IMG/VR virus record: IMGVR_UViG_3300038379_000822 | Coordinates: 1 to 64,000 of that record | Origin: a virus | Strand: one strand, 5' to 3' | DNA length: 64,000 bases | Shown: positions 51,484 to 59,722 of the stretch, piece after piece | Layout: every line of letters begins with the position of its first letter | Numbering within the stretch: position 1 is the stretch's first letter | Notes under the pieces: model-generated | Database searches by the model: none | The model's input: the letters and a program-made list of their open reading frames with translations, nothing else | What the model was told of the DNA's origin: nothing | Translations under genes and position numbers: made by a program

Positions 51484-51794
51484 GCCTGGAGCAGGATCTC
51501 CTGCTTCACACGACTGACGTACGACACCTGCGCGGAGCTGAGTAGCGTCTCGATGTAGTGGCCGTCGCCCTCATTGCGCTCTAGGCGCACGTGCAGCATC
51601 GTGAAGTTCGTGCCTACCGAGACATCGACCAGGATGCCGCGGATGAAGGTGCCGGCCACGGGCACGCTTTGGCCGTCGTGCCCGGCGAGCTGAAGCTCGA
51701 GCCTCTCGGTCGGCGCGACCATCGGCTCCCGTAGCTGAAGTAGCACTTCGTGACCCACGAACTCTTCCCACACGTTCTGCTTTTCCATGTTCAT
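51480..51794 (-). CDS. Hypothetical protein (104 aa)
   Basis: ATGA overlaps at both ends. Confidence 0.6.
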   Translation of the reverse strand: MNMEKQNVWEEFVGHEVLLQLREPMVAPTERLELQLAGHDGQSVPVAGTFIRGILVDVSVGTNFTMLHVRLERNEGDGHYIETLLSSAQVSYVSRVKQEILLQA

Positions 51795-52909
51795 CCTCCG
51801 TCGGTTGCTGCCAGGTGTTCGAGTGCATGCCGATCACGATCGGCAATGGCTCCCCATGACCAATGACTCCAGAGATCGCACGCGAACACGTGTTGCGCGT
51901 TCAGCGTCGCCGGATCCTCTGCCTCACGGAGCAGTCGCGGCAACGTCTCGGTGAGCGCGCTGTGGACGGCATCGACGCGGAGCATCGGTGCCTCGGCCCC
52001 CGGGAAGTCATCGATCGGCCCCGTCGCCTCGAGCGCGATGTTCGTGCACATCGACTCCATGGCACTGCCGAACGCGTACTCCCTATGCCCGGTCCGTCGC
52101 GTCAGAATGGCCGGCACGCCCATGCAGAGCCCCTGCAGCGGCACAAGCCCGAATCCCTCCGACCTCGAGGGCTGCACCACGACCAGGGCGCGTCGAATCC
52201 GACGTGCCATCTGACTCGTTGGACATCCATCGTGCAGCACCACCTCGATCGATGGCTCATCTTCGGCTTGGTACAGGTACTCGAGCTGGGCTTCCGGGTT
52301 GCAGATGATGCGCAAGCGTACCTGCCGGCGCAGTCTCGGCTCGAGACGTTTCCATGCGAGGATGAGCTCACGCGTACCCTTGCGTTGATGCGTCGAGCTC
52401 GTCACGTGCAGCGCGATGCGCTCAATCTCGCCGCTCTGGCGCGGTCCCCAGGCATACGGCGAGTACGCACGCGAGACACCATGCCGCACCTTGCGAATGT
52501 CGATATCGCGTCCCTGAGGCATCGCGTTCCAGAGCCCGTTGGCCACGACGTACAATGACGTATGGCTCGGCACGACGATGCCGTGCAGTTTCTCGTTCCG
52601 CAGCAGTCGCTCGAGGTACTCCCGAAGCCGCGGCGCCATCGTCAGCGAGTTCATTGCCAGCAGCAGCCAGATCTTCGTCGGCTGATCGAGCATGTGCACG
52701 ACCTCGACGGTCGCTGGATCGCCGACGACCAACGCGGTCGCGACTGGATCCTCGGACGGTCGCAGCTCTTCCAGGTTCAGCGTATCGACGGCCGTGAACC
52801 CACTGAGGAGGCTCGCCGCATGCAGCGCTTCGCACATGCCGAGCGCCACCTGCCGAAAGGACCCCTGCCCCGCACGCGGTCCATACACCCGCACGCCCGG
52901 TCGCGTCAT
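51791..52909 (-). CDS. Glycosyltransferase (GT-B, GT1/GT4-like)
   Basis: VVQPSRSEGFGLVPLQGLCMGVPAILTRRTGHREY matches the GT1 E..G...E...G.P signature. Confidence 0.8.
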   Translation of the reverse strand: MTRPGVRVYGPRAGQGSFRQVALGMCEALHAASLLSGFTAVDTLNLEELRPSEDPVATALVVGDPATVEVVHMLDQPTKIWLLLAMNSLTMAPRLREYLERLLRNEKLHGIVVPSHTSLYVVANGLWNAMPQGRDIDIRKVRHGVSRAYSPYAWGPRQSGEIERIALHVTSSTHQRKGTRELILAWKRLEPRLRRQVRLRIICNPEAQLEYLYQAEDEPSIEVVLHDGCPTSQMARRIRRALVVVQPSRSEGFGLVPLQGLCMGVPAILTRRTGHREYAFGSAMESMCTNIALEATGPIDDFPGAEAPMLRVDAVHSALTETLPRLLREAEDPATLNAQHVFACDLWSHWSWGAIADRDRHALEHLAATDGG

Positions 52910-54258
52910 GGGCCAAATCCCACGAGTTCATCGGGGATGCACCCGATCTGCTTCAGGCAAGCCAGCGCCGTCGCGCCCACCGTCGGCATGCCGAAGCGCT
53001 GGTAGAGCCCCATCGGGTGGATGCGCTCGACCGGTGGCTCCACACGCCGCATGGCGGCTTGAAGCATCTGCACATCGCCATCTTCCTGGCCGCCGGCGCA
53101 GTCCATCCAGGTCGCTTCGCCCCAGCCGTATCCAGGATGCACGGGCTCCGGCGTCGCCATGTCGATGTCGTAGGTACCGCTCCGCAGTCGTCCATGCCGC
53201 AGCGCCTCGGGCACGTAATCATCGTACGCCTGATCGGGAGGGTAGATGAGCATGTTGCCCGCGCAGACCGCGTCGAACGCCGGGACATCCCACGCCTCAC
53301 CATGCGAAGCGCTGACGTAGATGTTGTTTTGTTCGTGCAGCTGCACGATCTCGTCCGCCGTCATCACACCGACGATGAGCCGCACTCGCGCATCGAAGTT
53401 CTTCGGCGTCCATCCATTCGCCTTGATCGCAGCATCGTGCTCGAGCATGGTCGGGATCGCCGTCTGGAACTTGTAGCCATCCCACTCGCCCCACTCGTGA
53501 GTCTTCACGATGAGCGATGCCCGCTCGGACGGCCTGAACGCGCGCAAGAACCCCCTGATGATGGCCAGTTGGTTCTTGCGCGGCTCCCACTTGCCGATGT
53601 GGTAGAAGCGCTTGCCGTCGGGCACCGGCTTGAAGCCTCGCGGTTGCGCTACCGCACTCGCCCCGCGCGATGGCGAGTACGGCATCGGCACGATGTGCAC
53701 GCGCTGCACGCCAGCGCGGCGAAACACGTCCGCGTTGAAGCGACATGGCACCCAGGTCTGACCGAGACGATTCAAGGTCTCGACCATCTCGTCGGGCATG
53801 TCCAGCCGCTCCCACGAGGTATACACGATGGTGTGCGCCAGCACATGCTTGACCGCTTGCAGCGGCATCTGGCGTAGGTTCGGGTGCATCACCGCTTGCC
53901 GCAGCGATTCGGCGCTATGCAACACCACGTGGTGAATGGCGCAGAGCGTCTTGGCCGCCGACACGCGGGCCAGATGCAGCATGTCGTGCGCCACCTGTGG
54001 GTCCAAGTCATCATCGAGCACGAGATGCCCGGCCGTGCTCGACTTGAGGCGAACCGGCATCCCAACCGTCGCCAGAGCCTGGGCGATCGCACGCGAGTGC
54101 GCTGCCATGCCGTCGTTCGAAGGTCGCCAGTGTGCCGAGAGCTCGATGCACCACGGCAAGTGCGCCTCCGCCCCCACCGCAGCCTTCTCGGTGGAGAAGT
54201 CCGTGCGATCGGCTTCTGCGTTACCCTGAAACTGCGCCAGCTGGTCGGCCAGCGTCAT
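52906..54258 (-). CDS. Glycosyltransferase-like protein (GT-B-like, 450 aa)
   Basis: YHIGKWEPRKNQ and YVSASHGEAWDVPAFDAVCAGNMLIY. ATG 54258 overlaps the upstream stop (ATGA); the track start at 54291 is also possible. Confidence 0.7.
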   Translation of the reverse strand: MTLADQLAQFQGNAEADRTDFSTEKAAVGAEAHLPWCIELSAHWRPSNDGMAAHSRAIAQALATVGMPVRLKSSTAGHLVLDDDLDPQVAHDMLHLARVSAAKTLCAIHHVVLHSAESLRQAVMHPNLRQMPLQAVKHVLAHTIVYTSWERLDMPDEMVETLNRLGQTWVPCRFNADVFRRAGVQRVHIVPMPYSPSRGASAVAQPRGFKPVPDGKRFYHIGKWEPRKNQLAIIRGFLRAFRPSERASLIVKTHEWGEWDGYKFQTAIPTMLEHDAAIKANGWTPKNFDARVRLIVGVMTADEIVQLHEQNNIYVSASHGEAWDVPAFDAVCAGNMLIYPPDQAYDDYVPEALRHGRLRSGTYDIDMATPEPVHPGYGWGEATWMDCAGGQEDGDVQMLQAAMRRVEPPVERIHPMGLYQRFGMPTVGATALACLKQIGCIPDELVGFGP

Positions 54259-54833
54259 CGCTCCATCACCCGGCTCTCGGCGATCTGGCACGCCCAGCCG
54301 CAGCCCTCGGCATCGCAGCGCAGGATGGAGTCGACGGTCACCTCGCCCGCGACGAGCACCACCGTGCTCACGCCCATCGCGGTGACTCGCTTCGGGCCAG
54401 CTTTGCGCTGATCGATGTGGAACTTCCGATGCGACTCGCGCACCAAGATCTGCGAGCTATCCTGCGGGCGCCCCATCGCGATGCATCGCGGGCATACGAA
54501 GACGAAGAACATGTCGAGCTTCGTTGGATCGCTCGGATGCGGTAGATGCGAGATCTCGCAGATGCAGTCCTGATCCGTCTTGACGTAGTAGAGAACCAAC
54601 TTCGGCGACATCGGCGACAGCTGGCGCGTCTGCATGCCGTTGACCTCGACGCCCTTCGGTCCGGCCGTGAGCCCTGCCTTCGCCTTCGCCGCTGCGATCA
54701 TCTGGTCGTCGTACGCTCGACGCGCTTCGGCATCCGCGCGACTCTTCGCCCAGTTACGGTCCTGCGACGACGACGTCGTGCCTCCGCGCACGAGGATCGT
54801 AGGCAGGGGAGCACGCTTCGGTTGTTCCGCCAT
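54255..54833 (-). CDS. Hypothetical Cys-containing protein (192 aa)
   Basis: First gene after the motif cluster at 54842..54881. FVCPRC and CDAEGCGWAC. Confidence 0.65.
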   Translation of the reverse strand: MAEQPKRAPLPTILVRGGTTSSSQDRNWAKSRADAEARRAYDDQMIAAAKAKAGLTAGPKGVEVNGMQTRQLSPMSPKLVLYYVKTDQDCICEISHLPHPSDPTKLDMFFVFVCPRCIAMGRPQDSSQILVRESHRKFHIDQRKAGPKRVTAMGVSTVVLVAGEVTVDSILRCDAEGCGWACQIAESRVMER

Positions 54834-54841
54834 GAAGCATC

Positions 54842-54881
54842 GTGCTACCCGAAAGTGCTAGCACCGTCAAGGTGCTAGCAC
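54842..54881. promoter_or_regulatory. Cluster of GTGCTAGCAC palindromes (site 5): two perfect units plus one degenerate
   Basis: GTGCTAGCAC occurs at 54855..54864 and 54872..54881, with GTGCTAC at 54842..54848. The cluster fills the 49-nt gap between minus-strand genes. Confidence 0.55.
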
Positions 54882-54882
54882 G

Positions 54883-55236
54883 CTAGCTGTATTGCTTTTC
54901 GATCGCGCGCTCGACGCGCCGCGCGACGATGCTGGAGATCACGCCCACCGCCGTCGCCGTCACGATGCCGATGAACAGCGGATGCCGGTACCAAGGGTCG
55001 GCCTTCGGCTTGCCCCCCTCGCACCGCGAGCACCCCGGGTGCGGATTGCCCGGCTCGCACACGACGCAACTCCCGTCGCGCAGGTAGCTGCACTGCGGGC
55101 ACGTTTGAAACACCGGCACCTCGCCGGCGAGCGGGAAGCCGCTGAGGGCGTACATCCCTGGTAGGGTAGCCTGCGGCTCCAAGCGCAACGACGCCCACGC
55201 AGCAGGAGCTGGTGGGCGTCGCGCGTGGAACGTCAT
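54883..55236 (-). CDS. Cys-rich, C-terminally membrane-anchored small protein (117 aa)
   Basis: ATG 55236 lies 8 nt after the upstream stop. CPQC...CVVC...C.RC, then LFIGIVTATAVGVISSIVA. Confidence 0.5.
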   Translation of the reverse strand: MTFHARRPPAPAAWASLRLEPQATLPGMYALSGFPLAGEVPVFQTCPQCSYLRDGSCVVCEPGNPHPGCSRCEGGKPKADPWYRHPLFIGIVTATAVGVISSIVARRVERAIEKQYS

Positions 55237-55243
55237 CGGCCGA

Positions 55244-55663
55244 TCAGGTGAACGTCGTGATGCGCGCCGCGACGACACCCACGTGGCGCAGACCCTTGCT
55301 CGACCCTGCCTGACCACAGCCGAGGTAGACGATTCGTCCATCGGCGATCGCTCGCTGCTTGGCAGCGAGGTTGCCGGCGACCAGGGATTCCTCGGACGTG
55401 CCCTCATAGCAGAAGATGCGAGGCACGAGGCCAGCCGCAGGGTTGGTGATCAGGCTGTTGTAGTCCACGCGGCAGATGATGCTGTTGCCGTCTCCGGACA
55501 CCGACACGTCGATGCCTTGAACGAGGCGAGGCGTTGCCGTGAGCGATGCGTTGACCTGGTCCTCCAGATCGTCGGCGGTGCTGGCCGAGAAGAAGAGGGA
55601 CGCGGCAATCGCCGTACCGAGCGCGTTCGCGGCGTCGAGTGGAAGTGCGTAGACGTTGGCCAT
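55244..55663 (-). CDS. Paralog family A member (139 aa; GDGN...EGTSE...GSSKG)
   Basis: ATG 55663. Shares SGDGN, EGTSEE and AGSSKG.R blocks with 59290..59715 and 59723..60148. Confidence 0.7.
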   Translation of the reverse strand: MANVYALPLDAANALGTAIAASLFFSASTADDLEDQVNASLTATPRLVQGIDVSVSGDGNSIICRVDYNSLITNPAAGLVPRIFCYEGTSEESLVAGNLAAKQRAIADGRIVYLGCGQAGSSKGLRHVGVVAARITTFT

Positions 55664-55665
55664 GG

Positions 55666-55962
55666 TTACCTCTTGTGCATGAACAGGTAGTAGAACGCCG
55701 CGCCGGCGACGACGCCGACGATCCAGGGGGTTGCCGACTTCATGTCGATCTCGCCGATCGCAGCGTAGCGAGGTAGCACCGCGCTCTCCAGCGGGATGTT
55801 GTCGCTGTACGTGCCGACGCCGATGCGGGCATAGCCCGGCCCCGAGCTGAGCGGGTTGATGCCCCACCCCGGTACCGGCGCTTCGCCGGGACCCATGTAG
55901 GGGTCGACCGTCTGGTAGAAGTAGGGCGCCATGCCGGCGTTCGGGAGTGCGACGTAACTCAT
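55666..55962 (-). CDS. Small C-terminally membrane-anchored protein (98 aa)
   Basis: ATG 55962 overlaps the upstream stop (ATGA). C-terminal PWIVGVVAGAAFYYLF. Confidence 0.55.
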   Translation of the reverse strand: MSYVALPNAGMAPYFYQTVDPYMGPGEAPVPGWGINPLSSGPGYARIGVGTYSDNIPLESAVLPRYAAIGEIDMKSATPWIVGVVAGAAFYYLFMHKR

Positions 55963-56753
55963 CGGCGACCTCGGTGAAGGTAGCGCAAGCCTACCACCGT
56001 TGCGACGGTAACGGCAGCCGTCATGCCCCAGCTCATCGGCGAGTAGTCGATGACGTTTCCGCCGGGAACACCCGGACCACGCGGCTGGAACCCGCTCAGC
56101 GGACGAAGCCCGTAGATGATCTGCGGCTGCGCCATCACCGCCCAGCGGTCGAGCACGAACGTCTGGAACAGCGACGTCCAGAGACGCTGCCCGGGCTTGC
56201 TGCGCATCCAGATCCACAGGTTACCCACGGTCCCGATGAGCGTTCCGAACCGCTCCGGCGACTGCTCTTGATCGAGGCTGATCGCGTTGACCAGCCAGGA
56301 CTTCCCGTCAGGGTAAGCTTTCACGTACTCGCGGTGAGCGCGGTCGAGGAACGCCCTGGCTTCAGCCTCTTGGTTCGGCTCCACCATGATTACGAGCATC
56401 GGTCCCAGAAACGGCAGCTCGGTGTCGGCGTACTTGTCGCCCTTGGTGTTCGGGGCTGCGATCGCCTTCACTGCGAACGGGATTGCTTCCTCCATCGGGG
56501 CGCCGGCGATGAGCGCGACATCGAGGTCTTTCGCGTTCTCGGCGATGAGCATCGACGCTTCACTCGTCATCCCTGGAGACGAGCTTTCGAGTCCCATCCG
56601 CCGAACGCGCGTAAAACCAAAATGGTTGGCTGCGTTGTAGGCGCTCTCGCGCAGCCGGCGACGCCCCATCCGCGAGTCGGCGTAGAGGAACCCGCGCGGG
56701 TCTTCCGTCGGCACAGCCGACATGGGATCGATGACGACGTCGATGGCGGTCAT
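55959..56753 (-). CDS. Paralog family B member (264 aa), C-terminal LSGFQ..PGGN motif plus TM anchor
   Basis: ATG 56753 shares a base with the upstream stop. GPMLVIMVEPNQEA and LSGFQPRGPGVPGGNVIDY align with 57903..58730. Confidence 0.65.
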   Translation of the reverse strand: MTAIDVVIDPMSAVPTEDPRGFLYADSRMGRRRLRESAYNAANHFGFTRVRRMGLESSSPGMTSEASMLIAENAKDLDVALIAGAPMEEAIPFAVKAIAAPNTKGDKYADTELPFLGPMLVIMVEPNQEAEARAFLDRAHREYVKAYPDGKSWLVNAISLDQEQSPERFGTLIGTVGNLWIWMRSKPGQRLWTSLFQTFVLDRWAVMAQPQIIYGLRPLSGFQPRGPGVPGGNVIDYSPMSWGMTAAVTVATVVGLRYLHRGRR

Positions 56754-57256
56754 CAGTCGTCTTCGCCTACATGGATCGACACACCACACACGGCCAAAAC
56801 CCAGAACCGCCAATAGAGAACCTGGCTCGGTGAACGCATCAGCTTCATCCCCTTTCGGAGCAGCGCTTCGTCATCGAAGGCGTTGCCGTTGAACTGATTC
56901 GCAGTGTTCAGCAGCCACCTTTCAATGTCGTTCACTTCTTCTTCGCTCTTGGCGATCGTATCTTCCGACGTGCCAACGAAAAAGGTCTCCGGGACTGCTG
57001 CGACACTGTCGCGAATCACCAGGTAGGTGTTCTGAAGCGGCACCAGATACCCCTGGTGGCCAGGCATTGTACCGTACTCCGCAGAGAAATAGACAGGCTG
57101 TCCGCGCTCCGCGCGCAAGGCGATCATCGCCAGATACGCCTCGAACATGAAAGCGACACCTGGAAACTCCTGGCTCAGTCGCGCCGATTCCTTGCTGGCT
57201 GGAATACCCTGGTTCAGGGTGGCCACGAGCCTGCTGTACAACGACTCACTGCTCAT
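56753..57256 (-). CDS. Hypothetical protein with a C-terminal hydrophobic segment (167 aa)
   Basis: ATGA overlap at 57253..57256. C-terminal VLYWRFWVLAVCGVSI. Confidence 0.6.
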   Translation of the reverse strand: MSSESLYSRLVATLNQGIPASKESARLSQEFPGVAFMFEAYLAMIALRAERGQPVYFSAEYGTMPGHQGYLVPLQNTYLVIRDSVAAVPETFFVGTSEDTIAKSEEEVNDIERWLLNTANQFNGNAFDDEALLRKGMKLMRSPSQVLYWRFWVLAVCGVSIHVGEDD

Positions 57257-57876
57257 GCCGCCCTCTTCTCTTCGTGCTCTCGCAGTAGTGCGTATGCCTC
57301 GTTGATCTTCTTCATGCGTTCGGCGTCGCCACCTTTGCGATCGGGATGCCAGCGAGCGGCGAGCTCGCGGTAGGCGTCATGCACAGCCGACCATGGCGCG
57401 GATGCCGTGACGCCGAGAGTCTTGCGGGCGGCAACGAGGCGGCGCTTCTGCTCAAGCGGGTCGTTCTTCGGGCTACCGTGAGCACTCGTCTGCTGCTGGC
57501 GCTTCCAGGCCACGAACTCCACCAGGCAGCGCTCGCAGAAGGCCTCGGCGTGATGGCTGACCATGCAGTGCGCGAGGCAAGTCCTCATCTGGCACACGGA
57601 GCACCGCATCATCCACGGCTCGTCGCAACCATGATGCTCGCAGGCCGACGTGCCGACCTGGGGATCGCTCCACTGCGTGCGGCGCGCGTTGGCGCTGAAG
57701 GCCGCAATCCAGCGCGCGAACGGATGATCGGGAGCCTCCTGCGGGCGCACCATCGCAGCCAGTTCCTCAGCCCCCTCCATCAGCGAGGTCGCCTTCGAGA
57801 AGAAGCCTTGCAACGACCCCGCGAACTCGCGGAAGTCGAACGCGCTGCGTTCCTCTCGAGGCTTGCGCTTGGCCAT
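57253..57876 (-). CDS. J-domain (DnaJ-like) protein with a Cys/His-rich N-terminal half
   Basis: C-terminal VHDAYRELAARWHPDRKGGDAERMKKINEAYALL (HPD motif). N-terminal CEHHGCDEPWMMRCSVCQMRTCLAHCMVSHHAEAFCERC. Confidence 0.8.
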   Translation of the reverse strand: MAKRKPREERSAFDFREFAGSLQGFFSKATSLMEGAEELAAMVRPQEAPDHPFARWIAAFSANARRTQWSDPQVGTSACEHHGCDEPWMMRCSVCQMRTCLAHCMVSHHAEAFCERCLVEFVAWKRQQQTSAHGSPKNDPLEQKRRLVAARKTLGVTASAPWSAVHDAYRELAARWHPDRKGGDAERMKKINEAYALLREHEEKRAA

Positions 57877-57902
57877 GATGCGCCCTTGAGCCTGAGGCTA
57901 GG

Positions 57903-58730
57903 TCATTTCCTGGCCAAGAACCAGCGAGCGGCGAGCACCGTGGCAGCGGCAGCCGCGAGCGACTTCGCCACATCGGCGAGCCCCCAACCCCAGTTCAGGA
58001 TGTTGCCTCCAGGAGACGTCGCGCTCGGCAACTGGAAGCCGCTGAGCGAGTCCGTTCGCGGAACCAGGCGCTGATCCCAGCGGGCCTCGATGATCTTCGT
58101 CCAGTCGATGGCATCCTGCACCGCGCCGGTGCGCCTAGGGGCAACCGCGATGAGTAGGTTGCCGGCCGCGAAGGCGAGCTGCACACGGGGAGGAAGCTTG
58201 AGATCAGGGATGGTCACGGCCGGCGAGAACTCGCGACCTTGGTTGAATGCTTCGCGGGCGACCGTATCGGTCATGTGTCGCGCGGCCTCGAGGTACATCG
58301 AGGCCTGCGGCTCGGTCACCGCGAGGAGCATCATGGGACCGAGGTACAGCCGGTCGGTTCCTGCCTCGAGCTGCGCGCCCACCTCGATCGCTTCGCGCAT
58401 GTAGGGCAAGAGCGTCGTGAGGCGCGTTACCTCTGGGCGCTGCCGTTCTGCCGCCGTCCGCAGCAGGGGGTTCATATGGCTGAAGTCATAGCTTCGCAGG
58501 TCGGTGACGATGACGTCTGCCTTGTCGTAGAGGCTCGGCGGGACTTCGTCTTGTGCGATCGTGACGATCAGTCCGATGCGGCGTGGTTTCTCCGCATAGA
58601 CCGCGTCGATGCCCGTCGACCACGGCTCTCCGATCGACCACTCGCTCGTAGGAAGGCTCGGCGTCGCACGGATGCCGAGCTCGTCCTTCTGCAGCGTGAC
58701 GATGTGGTCGATGCCCGAGTTGTCGGCCAC
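57903..58730 (-). CDS. Paralog family B member (275 aa), TM-anchored
   Basis: GPMMLLAVTEPQAS, LSGFQLPSATSPGGNILNW, and C-terminal LAAAAATVLAARWFLA. Confidence 0.65.
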   Translation of the reverse strand: MADNSGIDHIVTLQKDELGIRATPSLPTSEWSIGEPWSTGIDAVYAEKPRRIGLIVTIAQDEVPPSLYDKADVIVTDLRSYDFSHMNPLLRTAAERQRPEVTRLTTLLPYMREAIEVGAQLEAGTDRLYLGPMMLLAVTEPQASMYLEAARHMTDTVAREAFNQGREFSPAVTIPDLKLPPRVQLAFAAGNLLIAVAPRRTGAVQDAIDWTKIIEARWDQRLVPRTDSLSGFQLPSATSPGGNILNWGWGLADVAKSLAAAAATVLAARWFLARK

Positions 58731-58733
58731 GCG

Positions 58734-59192
58734 CTACTTCTTCGCGATGAAGTAGCCGCCGATGGCGAGCACGAGAGCAGCTGCGCCGCCGATGAGCAGC
58801 TGCTGCTTCGTGAACCCGAATGCAACCGGTTCATCGTCGCCCAGCGACCCGTCACGGTAGGCCCTCAGCGAGCCGAGCGAGCCGTCGCGGTACGCACTCA
58901 GGGTCCCGAGCGACCCGTTGCGGTACGGGCTGAGGGTCCCCAGCGAGCCATCACGGAAGGCTCGAGTCGCACGTCCTGGGATGCGGTGCTCGATGGTGAT
59001 CGGGCCTCGGATGAGACGGCCGTTCAGGTGCACCGGGTGACCAGGTTCGTTCGGGTCGTGACTGAGCTGCAGCGGCTTGTCGTACGCTTCGCCGTCGACG
59101 TAGAGCGGTAGTCCGAGCGAGGAGACCGCGCCGAGGCCGGAGGCTCCCTGATGGATCGTGTCGCCCTGGGGGCTGAAATAGGCTCCGAGCAT
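58734..59192 (-). CDS. Membrane-anchored protein with 11-aa tandem repeats (RDGSLGTLxxY x about 3.5)
   Basis: AFRDGSLGTLSPYRNGSLGTLSAYRDGSLGSLRAYRDGSLG (about 58839..58961). C-terminal LLIGGAAALVLAIGGYFIA. Confidence 0.65.
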   Translation of the reverse strand: MLGAYFSPQGDTIHQGASGLGAVSSLGLPLYVDGEAYDKPLQLSHDPNEPGHPVHLNGRLIRGPITIEHRIPGRATRAFRDGSLGTLSPYRNGSLGTLSAYRDGSLGSLRAYRDGSLGDDEPVAFGFTKQQLLIGGAAALVLAIGGYFIAKK

Positions 59193-59227
59193 GGTGTCCT
59201 CGCTTGAACGCAGTGGTTACGAAAGTG

Positions 59228-59279
59228 GGAGCGCGGCGGTCAGGTGGCGGGGGAGGATGGATCCCAACCGCCGCGCTCC
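59228..59279 (-). terminator. 12-bp-stem hairpin after the family A gene pair (candidate terminator)
   Basis: GGAGCGCGGCGG (59228..59239) pairs with CCGCCGCGCTCC (59268..59279), with a 28-nt loop. It lies in the 97-nt gap after the stop at 59290. Confidence 0.4.
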
Positions 59280-59289
59280 GAGTCGGTGA

Positions 59290-59715
59290 TCAGCTGTCGA
59301 CCTCGAAGATCAACACCCGCATGAAGCGGGTGCCCTTCGACGACCCCGCGGTAGCCGTGCTCGTGAGTACGCGATTGCCGAGCGCAACCACCTGAGCCAC
59401 GACGGCGGCATACTTGGCAGCGAGCTCGCTCTCGGACGTTCCTTCGATCACGCGAACCAGGATCGGACCGACGAGCGGCTCCGGCGGCGTCGCGATGAAG
59501 GTGTCGAGCGTCACCATGAAGGTGTTGCCGTCTCCGGCTGCGGAGAGTTCCGCATCGAATACCGATCGTTGGGCACCGGCAACGATCGCATCGAATGCAG
59601 CCTGCAGCCGAGTCTGGATGGTGGCGGCATCCGTGCCCTGGATGAACGTGCCGGTGAGCGATGCCGGCAACGCGCCCTGTTCGGGCCCCGTGTAGAGTCT
59701 GCTGAAGTTTCCCAC
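59290..59715 (-). CDS. Paralog family A member (141 aa)
   Basis: MGNFSRLYTGPE...AGDGNTFMV...VIEGTSESELAAKY...AGSSKGTRFM. Confidence 0.7.
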   Translation of the reverse strand: MGNFSRLYTGPEQGALPASLTGTFIQGTDAATIQTRLQAAFDAIVAGAQRSVFDAELSAAGDGNTFMVTLDTFIATPPEPLVGPILVRVIEGTSESELAAKYAAVVAQVVALGNRVLTSTATAGSSKGTRFMRVLIFEVDS

Positions 59716-59722
59716 GTGAACC

